A stretch of 59,752 bases of DNA, filler included. It is 4 parts of 4 records of this genome, joined end to end, with 100 filler letters (N's around TTAATTAATTAA, not from the genome) between each part and the next. Parts side by side here need not be neighbours in the genome. Positions count along the whole stretch, not along the records: positions 10,635 to 31,575 come from SRR2962707_1181; 3 more parts are not named here. The stretch is one strand, 5' to 3'. Within the stretch, counting starts at the first letter, position 1. Every line of letters starts with the position of its first letter. Shown here in pieces: positions 11,871 to 22,701 of the stretch. The notes under the pieces were generated by a model. It was not told the DNA's origin, searched no databases, and saw only the letters and a list, made by a program, of their open reading frames with translations. The translations under genes and the position numbers were made by a program.

Positions 11871-12146
11871 AACGCGTCCTAATTGCTATCGAGGGCAATC
11901 GCACCCACGGTCTCTTTCATCCTTTATCTATCTGTTAGGGTTAATGGCCGGTAAAGGAGCGGCGTCAGACTGCTGATTTTGTTGCTGAACGCTTATATTT
12001 CCAGCGCAAAGCATTAACTTCGTGGTTACTTCTCCGAAGAAAGTCTTAAGGCTCGGTTTACCTGATGGTTACCATAATGATTTACGGTACTGCCAACTGA
12101 TGTGCCTTTGTACGCGCACATCGCGTAAGTGTTGGAGTATCTTAGT

Positions 12147-14264
12147 ATGTCGAGTTATCAATTTCAGCAGAACGATGCGGATATCGATATCGGTCGCCTT
12201 TTTACGGCAATCTGGAAGAACAAGTTCCGTTTACTCTTCGGATCATTGGCCATTACGGTCGTTATGTTTCTTGTTTTGAGCATGATGACGCCGACATTTA
12301 AAGCCAATACGCGGGTCCTTATTGATAGCAATGAGTCCATTTTTACGCGCCCGCAAGGTGAGCAACCAGTTGATAACCAGCGTTTGGATGATCAGCAGAG
12401 CATAACCAGCCAAGTTGAGATTATTAGCTCGACAGATTTGCTGCTTAAAGTGGCAGACGAATTGGATTTGGGAAACCGAGTCGAGTTCGATAATTCTAAA
12501 GACATGTCAGCATTAAAGCTTGGCCTTGTCTCTTTTGGCCTAGTGGCCGATCCGGCGCAAATGCCTTCAGAGCAGCGCATATTGCGCGCCATGCGAGAAA
12601 GGCTCAATGTTTATCCGGTTGAAAATTCACGTGTGATCGTCATTGAGTTTAAATCGGAAGATCCTGAGCTTGCGGCGCAGGTGCCAAATGCACTGGCCAA
12701 AGCCTATGTTTCTTTGGAAAGCCGTTCTCAGTTGGATAATACGGGGCAGGCCGCTGATTATCTGTCAAAAGAAATCGAAGCGCTTCAAACCAGCTTGCGC
12801 AAAGCTGAAAGCGCCGTGGAAGACTATCGTTCATCGTCTGGCCTATTTGCTGGTGGTAACGATGAATCACTCGCTACACAGCAGCTATCACAATTATCAA
12901 CAGAGCTAACAACCGTGCGCGCCGAGCGTTCGAGCCTCGAAGCGCGCGTGCGCTCTGTAGAAAACTCACTGAAAAATGGCGCTGACGTCGATACACTGCC
13001 AGATGTGATTAATTCTGATTTAATTGGCCGTCTACGCGAGCAGCAGATTAGGCTTAATGCGCAAGTTGCAGATTTGTCGACGACTTTGTTGCCAGAGCAT
13101 CCGCGTATCAAGGCGCTTCGTTCGCAGCTAGATAGATTGAGTACACAGATACAAGATCAGGCGCAAAAGGTTTTGCAAGGTTTGCGCAATCAAGCCAAAA
13201 CAAGCCGTGATCGCGAAGAAGAGCTCGTTTCAGACTTGAACGAGCTTAAGGCTGCATCATCGCAGGCCGGATCGAGTGAAGTTGAATTGCGTGCATTAGA
13301 GCGCGAAGCTGCATCACAACGTGCGCTGCTTGAGAGCTATCTTATTCGCTACCGCGAAGCGCAATCGCGTGATGATACAAATTACGCGCCAGCAAATGCC
13401 CGCCTGATTTCTCGCGCGACAACACCAATCGAACCGGCATTCCCGAAAATGCTCCCACTTTTGGCAGCCACATTTTTCGGCTCGCTGATTTTGCTCAGCT
13501 TAGTCACAATGATGCGTGAACTGTTGTCGGGCAGGGCACTTGTGCCTGCAATGGGCGCAGCTTCTGAACAGCCAATTAATGTTCAAGCTAGCGCCGGTAC
13601 ACGCGATCCGATTTATGCTCCTAGCCTTGCGGATAAGCCGGTTACCATTGGGCCTGCCAATGATAATTATTCAATTGCAAATATTGCCAATGAACTTATC
13701 GAAAAAGGTGCGGGACGCGCAATCATTGTATCGCCCGAAGGCTCACAAGGTTCGCTCTGCTCTGTTGGGATAGCGCGTGCGCTGGCCGATCAGGGACTTC
13801 GCACTATGCTCGTTGACCTTACAGGTGCGGCAGCTGCAACTCAGCACATGCTTGAAAATGGGAAGGCGCTTGGTATTACAGATCTACTATGTGCGAAAGC
13901 GTCTTATCCCGATGTGATCCATAATGATGTTTTGACGCAGGCCCACATCATCCCAACGGGCAATGCTGATCCTATGCTAGCGATGGGCGCAGTAGAGCGT
14001 TTGCCAATGATCATGAATGCGCTCAGCGGTGCCTATGATGTTGTTGTTATCGATTGCGGTAACACCGACGCAAGCGGCTTAAAGCGCCTGACCGGTGAAG
14101 ACAGTGAAATTATCTTGACGATGGTTGACCCTCAGTCGACTGCAATTCACGATGCAACAAAAGATTTTGTTGATGCCGGCTATCGCGATTTTATGATCGT
14201 AACTGCTGCGGATTTGGATGTGCCAACGCCGCCAGAAAATCGTCAACAGCAGGCAGCGATTTAG
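12147..14264 (+). CDS. Polysaccharide chain-length determinant (GumC/Wzc/UppB-like)
   Basis: Two TM segments flanking a coiled-coil periplasmic region, Pro-rich PIEPAFPK motif, degenerate C-terminal kinase-like domain; ATG 12147 after GGAG. Confidence 0.88.
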   Translation: MSSYQFQQNDADIDIGRLFTAIWKNKFRLLFGSLAITVVMFLVLSMMTPTFKANTRVLIDSNESIFTRPQGEQPVDNQRLDDQQSITSQVEIISSTDLLLKVADELDLGNRVEFDNSKDMSALKLGLVSFGLVADPAQMPSEQRILRAMRERLNVYPVENSRVIVIEFKSEDPELAAQVPNALAKAYVSLESRSQLDNTGQAADYLSKEIEALQTSLRKAESAVEDYRSSSGLFAGGNDESLATQQLSQLSTELTTVRAERSSLEARVRSVENSLKNGADVDTLPDVINSDLIGRLREQQIRLNAQVADLSTTLLPEHPRIKALRSQLDRLSTQIQDQAQKVLQGLRNQAKTSRDREEELVSDLNELKAASSQAGSSEVELRALEREAASQRALLESYLIRYREAQSRDDTNYAPANARLISRATTPIEPAFPKMLPLLAATFFGSLILLSLVTMMRELLSGRALVPAMGAASEQPINVQASAGTRDPIYAPSLADKPVTIGPANDNYSIANIANELIEKGAGRAIIVSPEGSQGSLCSVGIARALADQGLRTMLVDLTGAAAATQHMLENGKALGITDLLCAKASYPDVIHNDVLTQAHIIPTGNADPMLAMGAVERLPMIMNALSGAYDVVVIDCGNTDASGLKRLTGEDSEIILTMVDPQSTAIHDATKDFVDAGYRDFMIVTAADLDVPTPPENRQQQAAI

Positions 14265-14309
14265 TCGCTGGCTAGACATTTAAACTCATACAAAACGCTG
14301 AGCCTATGC

Positions 14310-15488
14310 TCAGCGTTTTGCTATAAAGCCCAAAATTTTACGAAGTGATTTTGTCGCCGACCAAAGGCGTTTATCGCGCTTAATTGTCGAAATTATCTTG
14401 CTGCGTAACCGCTTTGCGGCGGCCTGAACGCGGCCCTTTGAGGTGACGGCGATAAATGTATCGTAGTGCCACGTTTCAATGTCACACCAGCTTCGTTTAT
14501 AACACTCATCACCGACGCCAAAATCAAAGATCTTAAATCCTTTTTCGCAAGCATCTTCAATCGCGTGGTAGAAAAGAAGATCGCCCGGACCTGCATGCGC
14601 ATATTTTTCGTCAAACGTCCCAAACTCAACCGTGATCCGGTCTCCATTCATCATGCAGCCAATAATCGAAATAGGTTCGTCGTTGAGCATGATGGCTTTA
14701 AGCTGGCGCAGCGGTTTGGGCGATCCGCAGCTTGCCATCAATGTTTGCACAAACATGTTTTTGACTGACTGCTCAGCAAATACATCATGAATGCCAGCTT
14801 CTTTGAATCGAGATGCTTTCATGTCGAAGAATTTATAGAGCGTTTGTTTCACTTGTTCGCATGGAACGTCCTGGACGATTGTGACATTGCCCAATTCCTC
14901 AAGCTTTCGCATTTGCGAGCGCTGCCGTTTGCGTTTGCGCTTTCCGCTATGGTCTTGAAGTACCTTTTTAAATCCGCCGTCAGTGGATAGGCTAAGCGCA
15001 ACATTTGGGCTTTTCGAGCTATTAGAAAAGACAAATGGATTTGCAATGCCTTGCCACTCTGCATATTGCCGCTCAAGAAACAGCGCATCTGGTGGGCCCT
15101 TTTGCGTGGCAGTTAAATAGCGCAATTCATCCGCATTCATCTGCCCGAGCGCGAGTATGTCTTCTTTATAACCAACTGGAAAATTTCCGTTGGCATGAGT
15201 TTTGCCAAAATAGGCCGCTGCGCCGTTTTCCAGAATTTCAAGCGGCATGAGGACTGGTCCAAAACCTTGTTTGGAAAATATATAGAAGAGGGGGCGCGCG
15301 TTCTCTTGCGCGAGCCACGCAAGCAGGAATGATTTTGATTGATGACCCGTACAAACAAGATCATCAGGCATGGCTTGAACATAGGTCAACGCTTCAAGCC
15401 GATTAGTAATCGTTTGAATAGATATTTCAAGCGCTTTGACTTGGCTTTGATCGCTCAAACTTAAACTATGTGCCGTTAAATCAACCAT
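14310..15488 (-). CDS. GNAT-family acetyltransferase (BcsL/UppA-like)
   Basis: GPGDLLF...FDFGVGDECYKRSWC motif; start placed at 15488 to avoid overlap with the divergent gene. Confidence 0.82.
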   Translation of the reverse strand: MVDLTAHSLSLSDQSQVKALEISIQTITNRLEALTYVQAMPDDLVCTGHQSKSFLLAWLAQENARPLFYIFSKQGFGPVLMPLEILENGAAAYFGKTHANGNFPVGYKEDILALGQMNADELRYLTATQKGPPDALFLERQYAEWQGIANPFVFSNSSKSPNVALSLSTDGGFKKVLQDHSGKRKRKRQRSQMRKLEELGNVTIVQDVPCEQVKQTLYKFFDMKASRFKEAGIHDVFAEQSVKNMFVQTLMASCGSPKPLRQLKAIMLNDEPISIIGCMMNGDRITVEFGTFDEKYAHAGPGDLLFYHAIEDACEKGFKIFDFGVGDECYKRSWCDIETWHYDTFIAVTSKGRVQAAAKRLRSKIISTIKRDKRLWSATKSLRKILGFIAKR

Positions 15489-15589
15489 GTATAAATCCTT
15501 TGTAGGATAGTTTGGCATATAAGGGTTTGAATTTTTTTAATCTCAGGCCAGTTTTTCGCAATTTTGCGCCAACACATAAGATAAGTGAA

Positions 15590-16645
15590 ATGTCAGTTTC
15601 TAAAACCTTAATGCGCAAAAGCTTTATGATTGGCGCCAGATATACCGGCTTGACCCATCTTGCTGCGCCCATTTTGCGCGGCCAAGGCGCTATTTTGATG
15701 CTTCACCGCGTCGGTAGACCCATCAATAAATCGGGAATAAATAATTTCCTCTCCGTCGATGGCGGGTTTCTCAACCTCCTATTGGGAGAGCTTAAAAAGT
15801 CAGGGATTCGCTTTGTATCGATGGATGAAGTGGTTGACCGCATAAAGTCCGGCTATCGTGATGAACGATTTGCAACTGTGACGCTCGATGATGGTTATCG
15901 CGATAATTTATTGACGGCAGCGCCCATATTCCAAAAGCATAACGTGCCTTACACAATATTTGCCTGCCCGGGCTTTTCCAGCGGAACAACCGTGCTCTGG
16001 TGGGAGGTTTTGGCGCAGATTATCGATCAGCAAAAGCATATTTCATTCGCAACGCCCTCTGGCATGCAGTCGCTTGACTGTTCAACGAACGCTAAAAAGA
16101 ACAATGCCTATAATGTGCTTACGCATTATCTTTATACAGATGTAGATGAGCATACTCAGCGTCAATTTACACGTGATTTAGCCCACACATATCATGTTGA
16201 TCCTCTGGCCTATAGCCGCCATGCGGTCATGAACTGGTCCGAATTGCGAAAGGCTGCGCATGATCCATTGTGCACGATTGGCGCTCATACGCTTAATCAT
16301 TTTCATTTGGCGCGTTTATCGCGTGAAGAAGCATTGTTTGAATGCGCGCAATCGGCAGATGTATTGAAAGTGGAACTGGGCGTAAAGCCGGTCCATTTTG
16401 CTTATCCTTACGGAGGGAAGCTGGCCGTTGGCGAACGCGAAGTGGAAATTGCAAAAGAAATTGGGTTCGCATCAGCCGTTACGACACGCCACGGCCTAAT
16501 TCAAAAGCGGCACAAAAACCATCTGCACGCATTGCCGCGCATATCTGTAAACGGCAATTATCAAAATGTTGATTATGTGAAAACGATGCTGAGCGGAATA
16601 ACTGTTCCTGTTGCCAATTATGGCCGGAAAACTGTTACCGTCTAA
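15590..16645 (+). CDS. Polysaccharide deacetylase (CE4/NodB-like)
   Basis: ILMLHRV, TLDDGYRDN, IGAHTLNH, FAYPYG and LPRI motifs; start uncertain (15512 or 15590). Confidence 0.9.
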   Translation: MSVSKTLMRKSFMIGARYTGLTHLAAPILRGQGAILMLHRVGRPINKSGINNFLSVDGGFLNLLLGELKKSGIRFVSMDEVVDRIKSGYRDERFATVTLDDGYRDNLLTAAPIFQKHNVPYTIFACPGFSSGTTVLWWEVLAQIIDQQKHISFATPSGMQSLDCSTNAKKNNAYNVLTHYLYTDVDEHTQRQFTRDLAHTYHVDPLAYSRHAVMNWSELRKAAHDPLCTIGAHTLNHFHLARLSREEALFECAQSADVLKVELGVKPVHFAYPYGGKLAVGEREVEIAKEIGFASAVTTRHGLIQKRHKNHLHALPRISVNGNYQNVDYVKTMLSGITVPVANYGRKTVTV

Positions 16646-16651
16646 ATCAAA

Positions 16652-16870
16652 TTATTCCTTCGGCTCTTTTTTAGCTTTCAGCATCCAGCTGACAATGAAC
16701 ATTGCCGGTATCACCCAGACCAAGCCTGAAAGGGCGAAAAACGTCAAATGCACATACCATTCGCTTTCGGCAAGGCGGTATGTCGCAATCGTGGTTCCAA
16801 CCAGCGCGTAAACGATAACAAGCGTGACAAGCAGGATCATTCCGATAAAGGATCGCAATTTTGGTGGCAT
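16652..16870 (-). CDS. DUF2842-like small membrane protein
   Basis: 72 aa, two TM helices, GLVWVIP motif; sits next to ctaA. Confidence 0.8.
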   Translation of the reverse strand: MPPKLRSFIGMILLVTLVIVYALVGTTIATYRLAESEWYVHLTFFALSGLVWVIPAMFIVSWMLKAKKEPKE

Positions 16871-17027
16871 CTTTATTTCCTATTGGCAGCTTTGTTTAAC
16901 CCGTAGCCCTATATGCTATAAATCCCAGCGGGCATAGCCATGAGGCCGCGACAAAGCGGCACTTGATGCAACGCTTATGATTTGCCAAATAGGCGCACCG
17001 ACTTTTACTCTCTGGAAGAAAAATTAG

Positions 17028-18104
17028 ATGGCAAGCTATGCTGACCCAACAGAACTAGCCTATCGCGCGCAAATTCGCAGCTGGCTTTATTTTACGGCAT
17101 TTGTGCTTTTATGTTTGGTCGTTGTTGGCGGCGCAACGCGCCTTACGGATTCGGGCCTCTCAATCACAGAGTGGAAACCAATACATGGTTTCATTCCGCC
17201 GTTAAGCGCTTCTGATTGGGCGGAAGAATTTGCCAAATACAAGCTTATTCCCGAATATGAATTGGTCAATAAGGGCATGACGCTTGCAGCGTTTAAATCC
17301 ATTTTTTGGTGGGAGTGGGCGCACAGATTTCTAGCGCGCAGCCTTGGTATTATCGTTGGCCTACCGCTGATTTTCTTTTGGGTCACCGGCCGTTTGGATT
17401 CGCGCCTTAAATTGCCTTTGGTTGGTTTATTTGCCTTGGGCGGTCTGCAAGGTTTTATTGGCTGGTGGATGGTTTCATCTGGCCTGACCGAACGGGTAGA
17501 CGTTAGCCATTATCGTTTAGCGACCCATCTTTGTATGGCTGCGCTAATTATGATCACTATGATTTATATTGCGCGTTCTATCGCGCCTCATGCGGGCGAG
17601 CCTATGGCTGGGAAACATCGCAAAATTGCAGGATTTCTTGTTCTTCTGGTGTTCTTACAAATCGGCCTTGGCGCACTCGTTGCGGGCCTTGATGCAGGCT
17701 TGGTTTATAATGAGTGGCCTCATATGGGCGAGGGTTATTTCCCAAGTATCATGTGGGAAAGCGCATTGGGTAGGCACAATTGGGTCGAGAACCATGCCAT
17801 CGTTCAGTTTGTTCACCGCACCGGCGCTTATGTGTTGACGGCAGCAGTATTAATCCACGCCATTTGGATGTGGATTGATGCACCGCGCACGCCGCATGCT
17901 TGGCGTGCGTTGTTGTTTGTTGTTTTGGTATTGCTGCAAGCAACGCTCGGTGTTTTGACATTGCTGACCTATGTCAAACTCGATGTGGCGTTGTCACACC
18001 AAGCACTGGCGTTTATCCTGCTTGCCTATGCAACAGCGCATTGGCGCGGATTTAGAGGCGCTATGCCACTTGAAAACGGCACGCGCCACACACCAGCTCA
18101 TTAA
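17028..18104 (+). CDS. ctaA: Heme A synthase (COX15/CtaA)
   Basis: GGATRLTDSGLSITEWKP and EWAHR motifs, conserved His residues, multiple TM helices. Confidence 0.94.
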   Translation: MASYADPTELAYRAQIRSWLYFTAFVLLCLVVVGGATRLTDSGLSITEWKPIHGFIPPLSASDWAEEFAKYKLIPEYELVNKGMTLAAFKSIFWWEWAHRFLARSLGIIVGLPLIFFWVTGRLDSRLKLPLVGLFALGGLQGFIGWWMVSSGLTERVDVSHYRLATHLCMAALIMITMIYIARSIAPHAGEPMAGKHRKIAGFLVLLVFLQIGLGALVAGLDAGLVYNEWPHMGEGYFPSIMWESALGRHNWVENHAIVQFVHRTGAYVLTAAVLIHAIWMWIDAPRTPHAWRALLFVVLVLLQATLGVLTLLTYVKLDVALSHQALAFILLAYATAHWRGFRGAMPLENGTRHTPAH

Positions 18105-19027
18105 GCCTGCAACATCAAATCCAAGTTCTGGACAGCTGCGCCCGATGCGCCTTTGCCCAGATTATCAAGTGATGCAATCAGATTTATCTGCGCACCATCT
18201 TTGCGGCCGCACACATATAGCTTCATGCGGTCTGTTCCGGCCAATTCAGTCGGGTCAATGCGCGGAAGTTCGTCGGTCGCTTCATTGCTCACAACTTCGA
18301 CAATGTTTTGGCCTGCATAATGTTTGGCCAAAGCATCGTGAATGCTGGCCCGCGTTGCATTATTGAGCAGTGCCGTGTGCAGCGGAATTTGAACCAACAT
18401 ACCTTGCGCAAAATTGCCAACATTTGGAGTGAATATCGGTTCACGCGAAAGGCCGCTACGGGCAATAATCTCAGGCACATGTTTGTGAGCAAGGCTCAAT
18501 GCATAGGCAAAATAGGGCGCGCTAATGGCATCATCACGCGTTTTATCTTCCATTTGCGCAATCATTTGCTTGCCGCCGCCTGAATAGCCGGACACAGCAT
18601 TGATTGTCAGCGGATAGTCAGCAGGCAATAAGCCAGCCAAAACCAATGGGCGAAGCAGCCCAATAGCGCCTGTCGAATAACAACCAGGGTTAGACACATA
18701 TTGCGCATGGATAATCTTTTCGCGCTGGCCAGGTTCGCTTTCTGCAAAACCATAGACCCAGCCTTCTGCAACACGGTGTGCTGTCGACGCATCAATAAAA
18801 CGCGTGCCATGACCATCGGCTAAAGCAACAGCTTCGCGCGCTGCATCATCAGGCAAGCACAAAATCGCAATATCAGCATCGCGCAGCATGGCCGCGCGTT
18901 TTTCATTGTCTCGGCGATCTTCCATCGCGAGCGATAGAAGTGTGATATCTGTGCGGCTTTGCAGGCGCTCTACGATTTGTAGGCCTGTTGTACCGTGTTC
19001 GCCGTCAATGAAAACTGACTTAGTCAT
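18101..19027 (-). CDS. argC: N-acetyl-gamma-glutamyl-phosphate reductase (type 2)
   Basis: FIDGEHGTTG, NPGCY and DNLGKGASGAAVQN motifs. Confidence 0.95.
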   Translation of the reverse strand: MTKSVFIDGEHGTTGLQIVERLQSRTDITLLSLAMEDRRDNEKRAAMLRDADIAILCLPDDAAREAVALADGHGTRFIDASTAHRVAEGWVYGFAESEPGQREKIIHAQYVSNPGCYSTGAIGLLRPLVLAGLLPADYPLTINAVSGYSGGGKQMIAQMEDKTRDDAISAPYFAYALSLAHKHVPEIIARSGLSREPIFTPNVGNFAQGMLVQIPLHTALLNNATRASIHDALAKHYAGQNIVEVVSNEATDELPRIDPTELAGTDRMKLYVCGRKDGAQINLIASLDNLGKGASGAAVQNLDLMLQA

Positions 19028-19078
19028 TTTACTTCAATTCCAATTACTTACCGCAAGAAGCGGAATCAATATGTGATG

Positions 19079-20026
19079 TTACTTACGTCTTTGTTCCGCC
19101 AGAAGACCAAGATAGTGCATCGCAACGCTAGCGCCCGCGATGGCTGTTATATCGGCATGGTCATAGGCCGGTGCAACCTCTACTATATCAGCGCCAACAA
19201 TATTCAAGCTTCCAAGCTGTCTTAAAACACCGAGCATCTTCGATGTTGATGGCCCGCCAGCAACAGGCGTGCCTGTACCTGGCGCATAGGCTGGGTCAAG
19301 GCAGTCAATGTCAAAGGTGATATAGCAAGGCATGTCGCCCACGCGCTCTTTGATAGCATCTACGATTTCTGCGATGCGCATTTCCTCCACATCATACCCA
19401 TAAAGCATCTTGATGCCGCAATCTTCTGGCGCGTGTGTCCGAATGCCGATCTGGATAGAATGATCTGCATCAATTGTGCCATCGCGCACGGCACGGACAA
19501 CAAAAGAGCCATGGTCAATGCGTTTGCCATCATCGAACCAAGTGTCTTGGTGCGCATCAAACTGAACTAGCGCCATTTTACCATATTTGGCAAAATGCGC
19601 TTTCAGGATAGGCCAAGTCACATAGTGATCGCCGCCGATGGATAAAAGTTTTGCACCGGCGTTCAGAACTTCTTGCGCCGCTTTTTCGATTTTAGCAGGC
19701 GTATCTTGGTGATTCCCATAATCAAGCAGCACATCACCCCGATCAACAACGGCTAGGTTTTCAAACAAATCAGCATTGAATGGATATTGCGGATCATTAT
19801 CGAAAATGGCCGAAGCGCGGCGCACGGCCTGCGGTCCAAAACGCGCACCCGGACGGTTAGATACTGCTGCATCAAACGGAATTCCAAGCACAGCAACATC
19901 CACACCCTCAAGCGACTTTGAATATTTCCGGCGCATAAAGGAAAGGGCGCCCGCATGTGTCGGGTCTTCAGCCGCATCATAAAGATTGAGCGCGGTGAAA
20001 GCATTATCGATTTTATTTGACGGCAT
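19079..20026 (-). CDS. speB: Agmatinase
   Basis: GGDH, DAHQD and TFDIDCLDP ureohydrolase motifs; usual rpsI-speB-argC order. Confidence 0.9.
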   Translation of the reverse strand: MPSNKIDNAFTALNLYDAAEDPTHAGALSFMRRKYSKSLEGVDVAVLGIPFDAAVSNRPGARFGPQAVRRASAIFDNDPQYPFNADLFENLAVVDRGDVLLDYGNHQDTPAKIEKAAQEVLNAGAKLLSIGGDHYVTWPILKAHFAKYGKMALVQFDAHQDTWFDDGKRIDHGSFVVRAVRDGTIDADHSIQIGIRTHAPEDCGIKMLYGYDVEEMRIAEIVDAIKERVGDMPCYITFDIDCLDPAYAPGTGTPVAGGPSTSKMLGVLRQLGSLNIVGADIVEVAPAYDHADITAIAGASVAMHYLGLLAEQRRK

Positions 20027-20289
20027 TTTCTTATCCCAATTAATGCGGGTGTTTTACAGCAATGGCTCGAAGTTACCAATTACAATTTATGGAATTTGGA
20101 TGTGTTGAACAGCACGATCTTATATTTCGCAGCGCGTTCGAATGAACTTTTTGTCACTATATTAGCTAAAATGCGAATGACTTGGTTTATATATCGTTTA
20201 CTAATTACCAACCTTTTGAAATCGTTATTAGTTTCTTGGCAGGTGCTACTGTATAAAGTGTCTCAAAATGGTGACTTGGGGCCTTCGCA

Positions 20290-21348
20290 ATGCAAAGTAG
20301 CGGCAAGCTTTATCAGATACAATATTTAAGAGCGCTGGCAGCAGTCGCTGTCGTTTTTTATCATATTAACGCCACCCTGCAGGGCAAGGCGGGCATCGGT
20401 GCAGTTAATCCATTTACTGTTGGCGCCGCAGGCGTGGACCTGTTTTTTGTTATCTCCGGTTTTATCATGGCCTATGTCGCTTCAGGCCCTAAGCAATATA
20501 CATCCGTTCAGTTTTTGCGTGAGCGGTTAGTACGCGTTGCGCCTCTATATTATCTAGTCACATTGTTTGTTTTTGCGTGCCTCTTGATTGTGCCCCAGCT
20601 GTTTTATTCGAGCACCGCCCATATGGAGCAGCTCTTCGATTCGCTGCTCTTCTTGCCATTCCAGCACGAAGAGGGGTGGATTGCGTCAACTGTGACTGTG
20701 GGCTGGACGCTGAATTACGAAATGATGTTCTATGTGCTTGTCGCACTCTCGGTGGGTGTTTTTAGAGATCGTCAGCTAATAACGACTTGCGCAATACTTT
20801 TCAGTCTATTTGTACTCGGTCGTATCATCCATTTTGATAACAAATTCGGCCGAGTTTACACGGACCCGATTATCCTAGAATTTGTGCTTGGTATTGCTTC
20901 TTTCCATATTTACCGCTCGGCTACCAAACTATCGGGAAAGGTTTTATTCCCTGTTTTATTGGTGAGCGGAATAGCAATTTTGCTAATGCAAAATGGCGCT
21001 GAATATGAAACGTCACGCCTGTGGCGCTTTGGTATTCCGTCGGCAATGATTTTGCTCGCATTGGTCAATATGCCGATGCGGGAATATGGGATGCTTAGCA
21101 ATATAGGCGATTGGTCATACTCGCTCTATCTAACCCATATCTTCATTGTGGCGATCATGTTGCGTCTTGTGACGCCTTATCTCGATCAGCACGGGCTTGC
21201 CGGGTTTGCCGTTCAATTGATTATTGCATTCATCGCAGTCTGCGCGGCGGCGCTAACCCACATGATGATAGAAAAGCCAATTGCCGCCATTCATCGCAAT
21301 GGAATGAAGCGGGCTCAATCAAATCCAGAATCCGTCAAAGTCGCTTGA
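20290..21348 (+). CDS. Acyltransferase_3 (ExoZ/OafA-like) membrane acyltransferase
   Basis: IQYLRALAA..VV.YH, GVDLFFVISGF, GWTLNYEM.FY and SYSLYLTH motifs. Confidence 0.88.
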   Translation: MQSSGKLYQIQYLRALAAVAVVFYHINATLQGKAGIGAVNPFTVGAAGVDLFFVISGFIMAYVASGPKQYTSVQFLRERLVRVAPLYYLVTLFVFACLLIVPQLFYSSTAHMEQLFDSLLFLPFQHEEGWIASTVTVGWTLNYEMMFYVLVALSVGVFRDRQLITTCAILFSLFVLGRIIHFDNKFGRVYTDPIILEFVLGIASFHIYRSATKLSGKVLFPVLLVSGIAILLMQNGAEYETSRLWRFGIPSAMILLALVNMPMREYGMLSNIGDWSYSLYLTHIFIVAIMLRLVTPYLDQHGLAGFAVQLIIAFIAVCAAALTHMMIEKPIAAIHRNGMKRAQSNPESVKVA

Positions 21349-21392
21349 TTAGATTTCACTAAAACCTGCCTACATTTCAAAATCAGCGCAAC

Positions 21393-21421
21393 AAAAAAGC
21401 GGAGCTGAAAGCCCCGCTTTT
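21393..21421. terminator. Bidirectional terminator between the acyltransferase and rpsI
   Basis: AAAAAAGCGGaGC-tgaaa-GCcCCGCTTTT hairpin between convergent genes. Confidence 0.8.
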
Positions 21422-21442
21422 GATAGTCGATGTAAAAACGTA

Positions 21443-21997
21443 TTAGCGTTTTGAGAACTGGAATGAACGGCGAGCTTTTGCCTTACCGTATTTCTTACGT
21501 TCAACAATACGGCTATCGCGTGTTAGGAAGCCAGCCGGCTTAAGAACGCTGCGAAGACCTGGTTCCATGTAAGTCAAAGCTTTTGAAATGCCGTGACGTA
21601 CTGCGCCAGCCTGACCTGAAAGGCCGCCGCCGCTTACAGTGATAACAACGTCATACTGTGTTTCGCGGTTTGCTGCGATCAATGGTTGTTTAATAACCAT
21701 CTGCAAAACAGGACGAGCAAAATATTCTGCAAAGTCGCGAGACTTAACAGCTTTTGCTTTTTCTTTACGTGCCTTAGCGCGTACTTCAAGTTTCTTAGGC
21801 TCACCATTGATAGTGATTTTGCCTGTGCCTGGTTTTAGCCAAACGCGTGCAACAGCGTCTTTACGTTTGCCAGTTGCGTAAGCACGGCCCTGCGCATCAA
21901 CTTTTTTCTCATAAGTTGGTGCTGCTTGAACTGCAGCTTCAGCAGAAACGGTGCCAGTTGCGGCGCCTAGTTCTTCGAGTGAATTAATTTCAACCAT
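21443..21997 (-). CDS. rpsI: 30S ribosomal protein S9, carrying a 21-aa insertion
   Basis: [22 protein letters not shown] and C-terminal FQFSKR. Confidence 0.97.
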   Translation of the reverse strand: MVEINSLEELGAATGTVSAEAAVQAAPTYEKKVDAQGRAYATGKRKDAVARVWLKPGTGKITINGEPKKLEVRAKARKEKAKAVKSRDFAEYFARPVLQMVIKQPLIAANRETQYDVVITVSGGGLSGQAGAVRHGISKALTYMEPGLRSVLKPAGFLTRDSRIVERKKYGKAKARRSFQFSKR

Positions 21998-22002
21998 AGT
22001 GA

Positions 22003-22467
22003 TCAACCAGCCTTCCGGTTTTTCTTATTCATTGCGCCTACATCAAGCGTTTCAGCCTGCTGTGCTTCATGAGGATGTTCTGTGCCTGCATAAACGCGAA
22101 GGTTTTTCATCTGGCGACGGCCAAGCGGACCACGAGGGATCATACGCTCAACAGCTTTTTCAAGCACGCGCTCAGGGAAACGACCAACAAGAAGCTGATC
22201 CGCTGTACGCTGTTTGATGCCGCCTGGGTGGCCAGTGTGCCAGTAGTAAACTTTGTCGTCGCGTTTTTTGCCAGTGAAGGCAACTTTGTCCGCATTGATG
22301 ACGATGATGTTGTCGCCGTCGTCAACATGCGGTGTAAATGTTGGTTTGTGCTTGCCGCGAAGGCGGTTAGCAATAATGGATGCAAGACGTCCGACCACTA
22401 GGCCTTCAGCGTCGATAATCACCCATTTTTTTTCCACCTCGAGAGGCTTCTGCGAAAATGTACGCAT
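22003..22467 (-). CDS. rplM: 50S ribosomal protein L13
   Basis: MRTFSQKP start, [28 protein letters not shown]. Confidence 0.97.
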   Translation of the reverse strand: MRTFSQKPLEVEKKWVIIDAEGLVVGRLASIIANRLRGKHKPTFTPHVDDGDNIIVINADKVAFTGKKRDDKVYYWHTGHPGGIKQRTADQLLVGRFPERVLEKAVERMIPRGPLGRRQMKNLRVYAGTEHPHEAQQAETLDVGAMNKKNRKAG

Positions 22468-22701
22468 TGATTTATCCTTAAATTCAGATCCGTCACCAAA
22501 AAGTTCAGGCTTTTTTTGTTGCTTGTATTGGTTTTGACCGAATGGCCGAACCAAAAATAAACCGCGCAAAACGGGTGTTGAGCGCGATTGGTGGTCGTTT
22601 AAGCGTATAAAATGAAGCTGTCAAGCACAGAAAATGGACATTAAAACAATTTACATATATAAAACAATAGCTTAATTATGTGGTATTATTTTACCGCGCA
22701 T

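Noticed and set aside
13690-14264. Wzc-like C-terminal domain lacking the Walker A lysine and Tyr cluster
   Set aside because: Degenerate kinase domains are expected in UppB/Hfs-type chain-length proteins; the ORF is intact, so not a pseudogene
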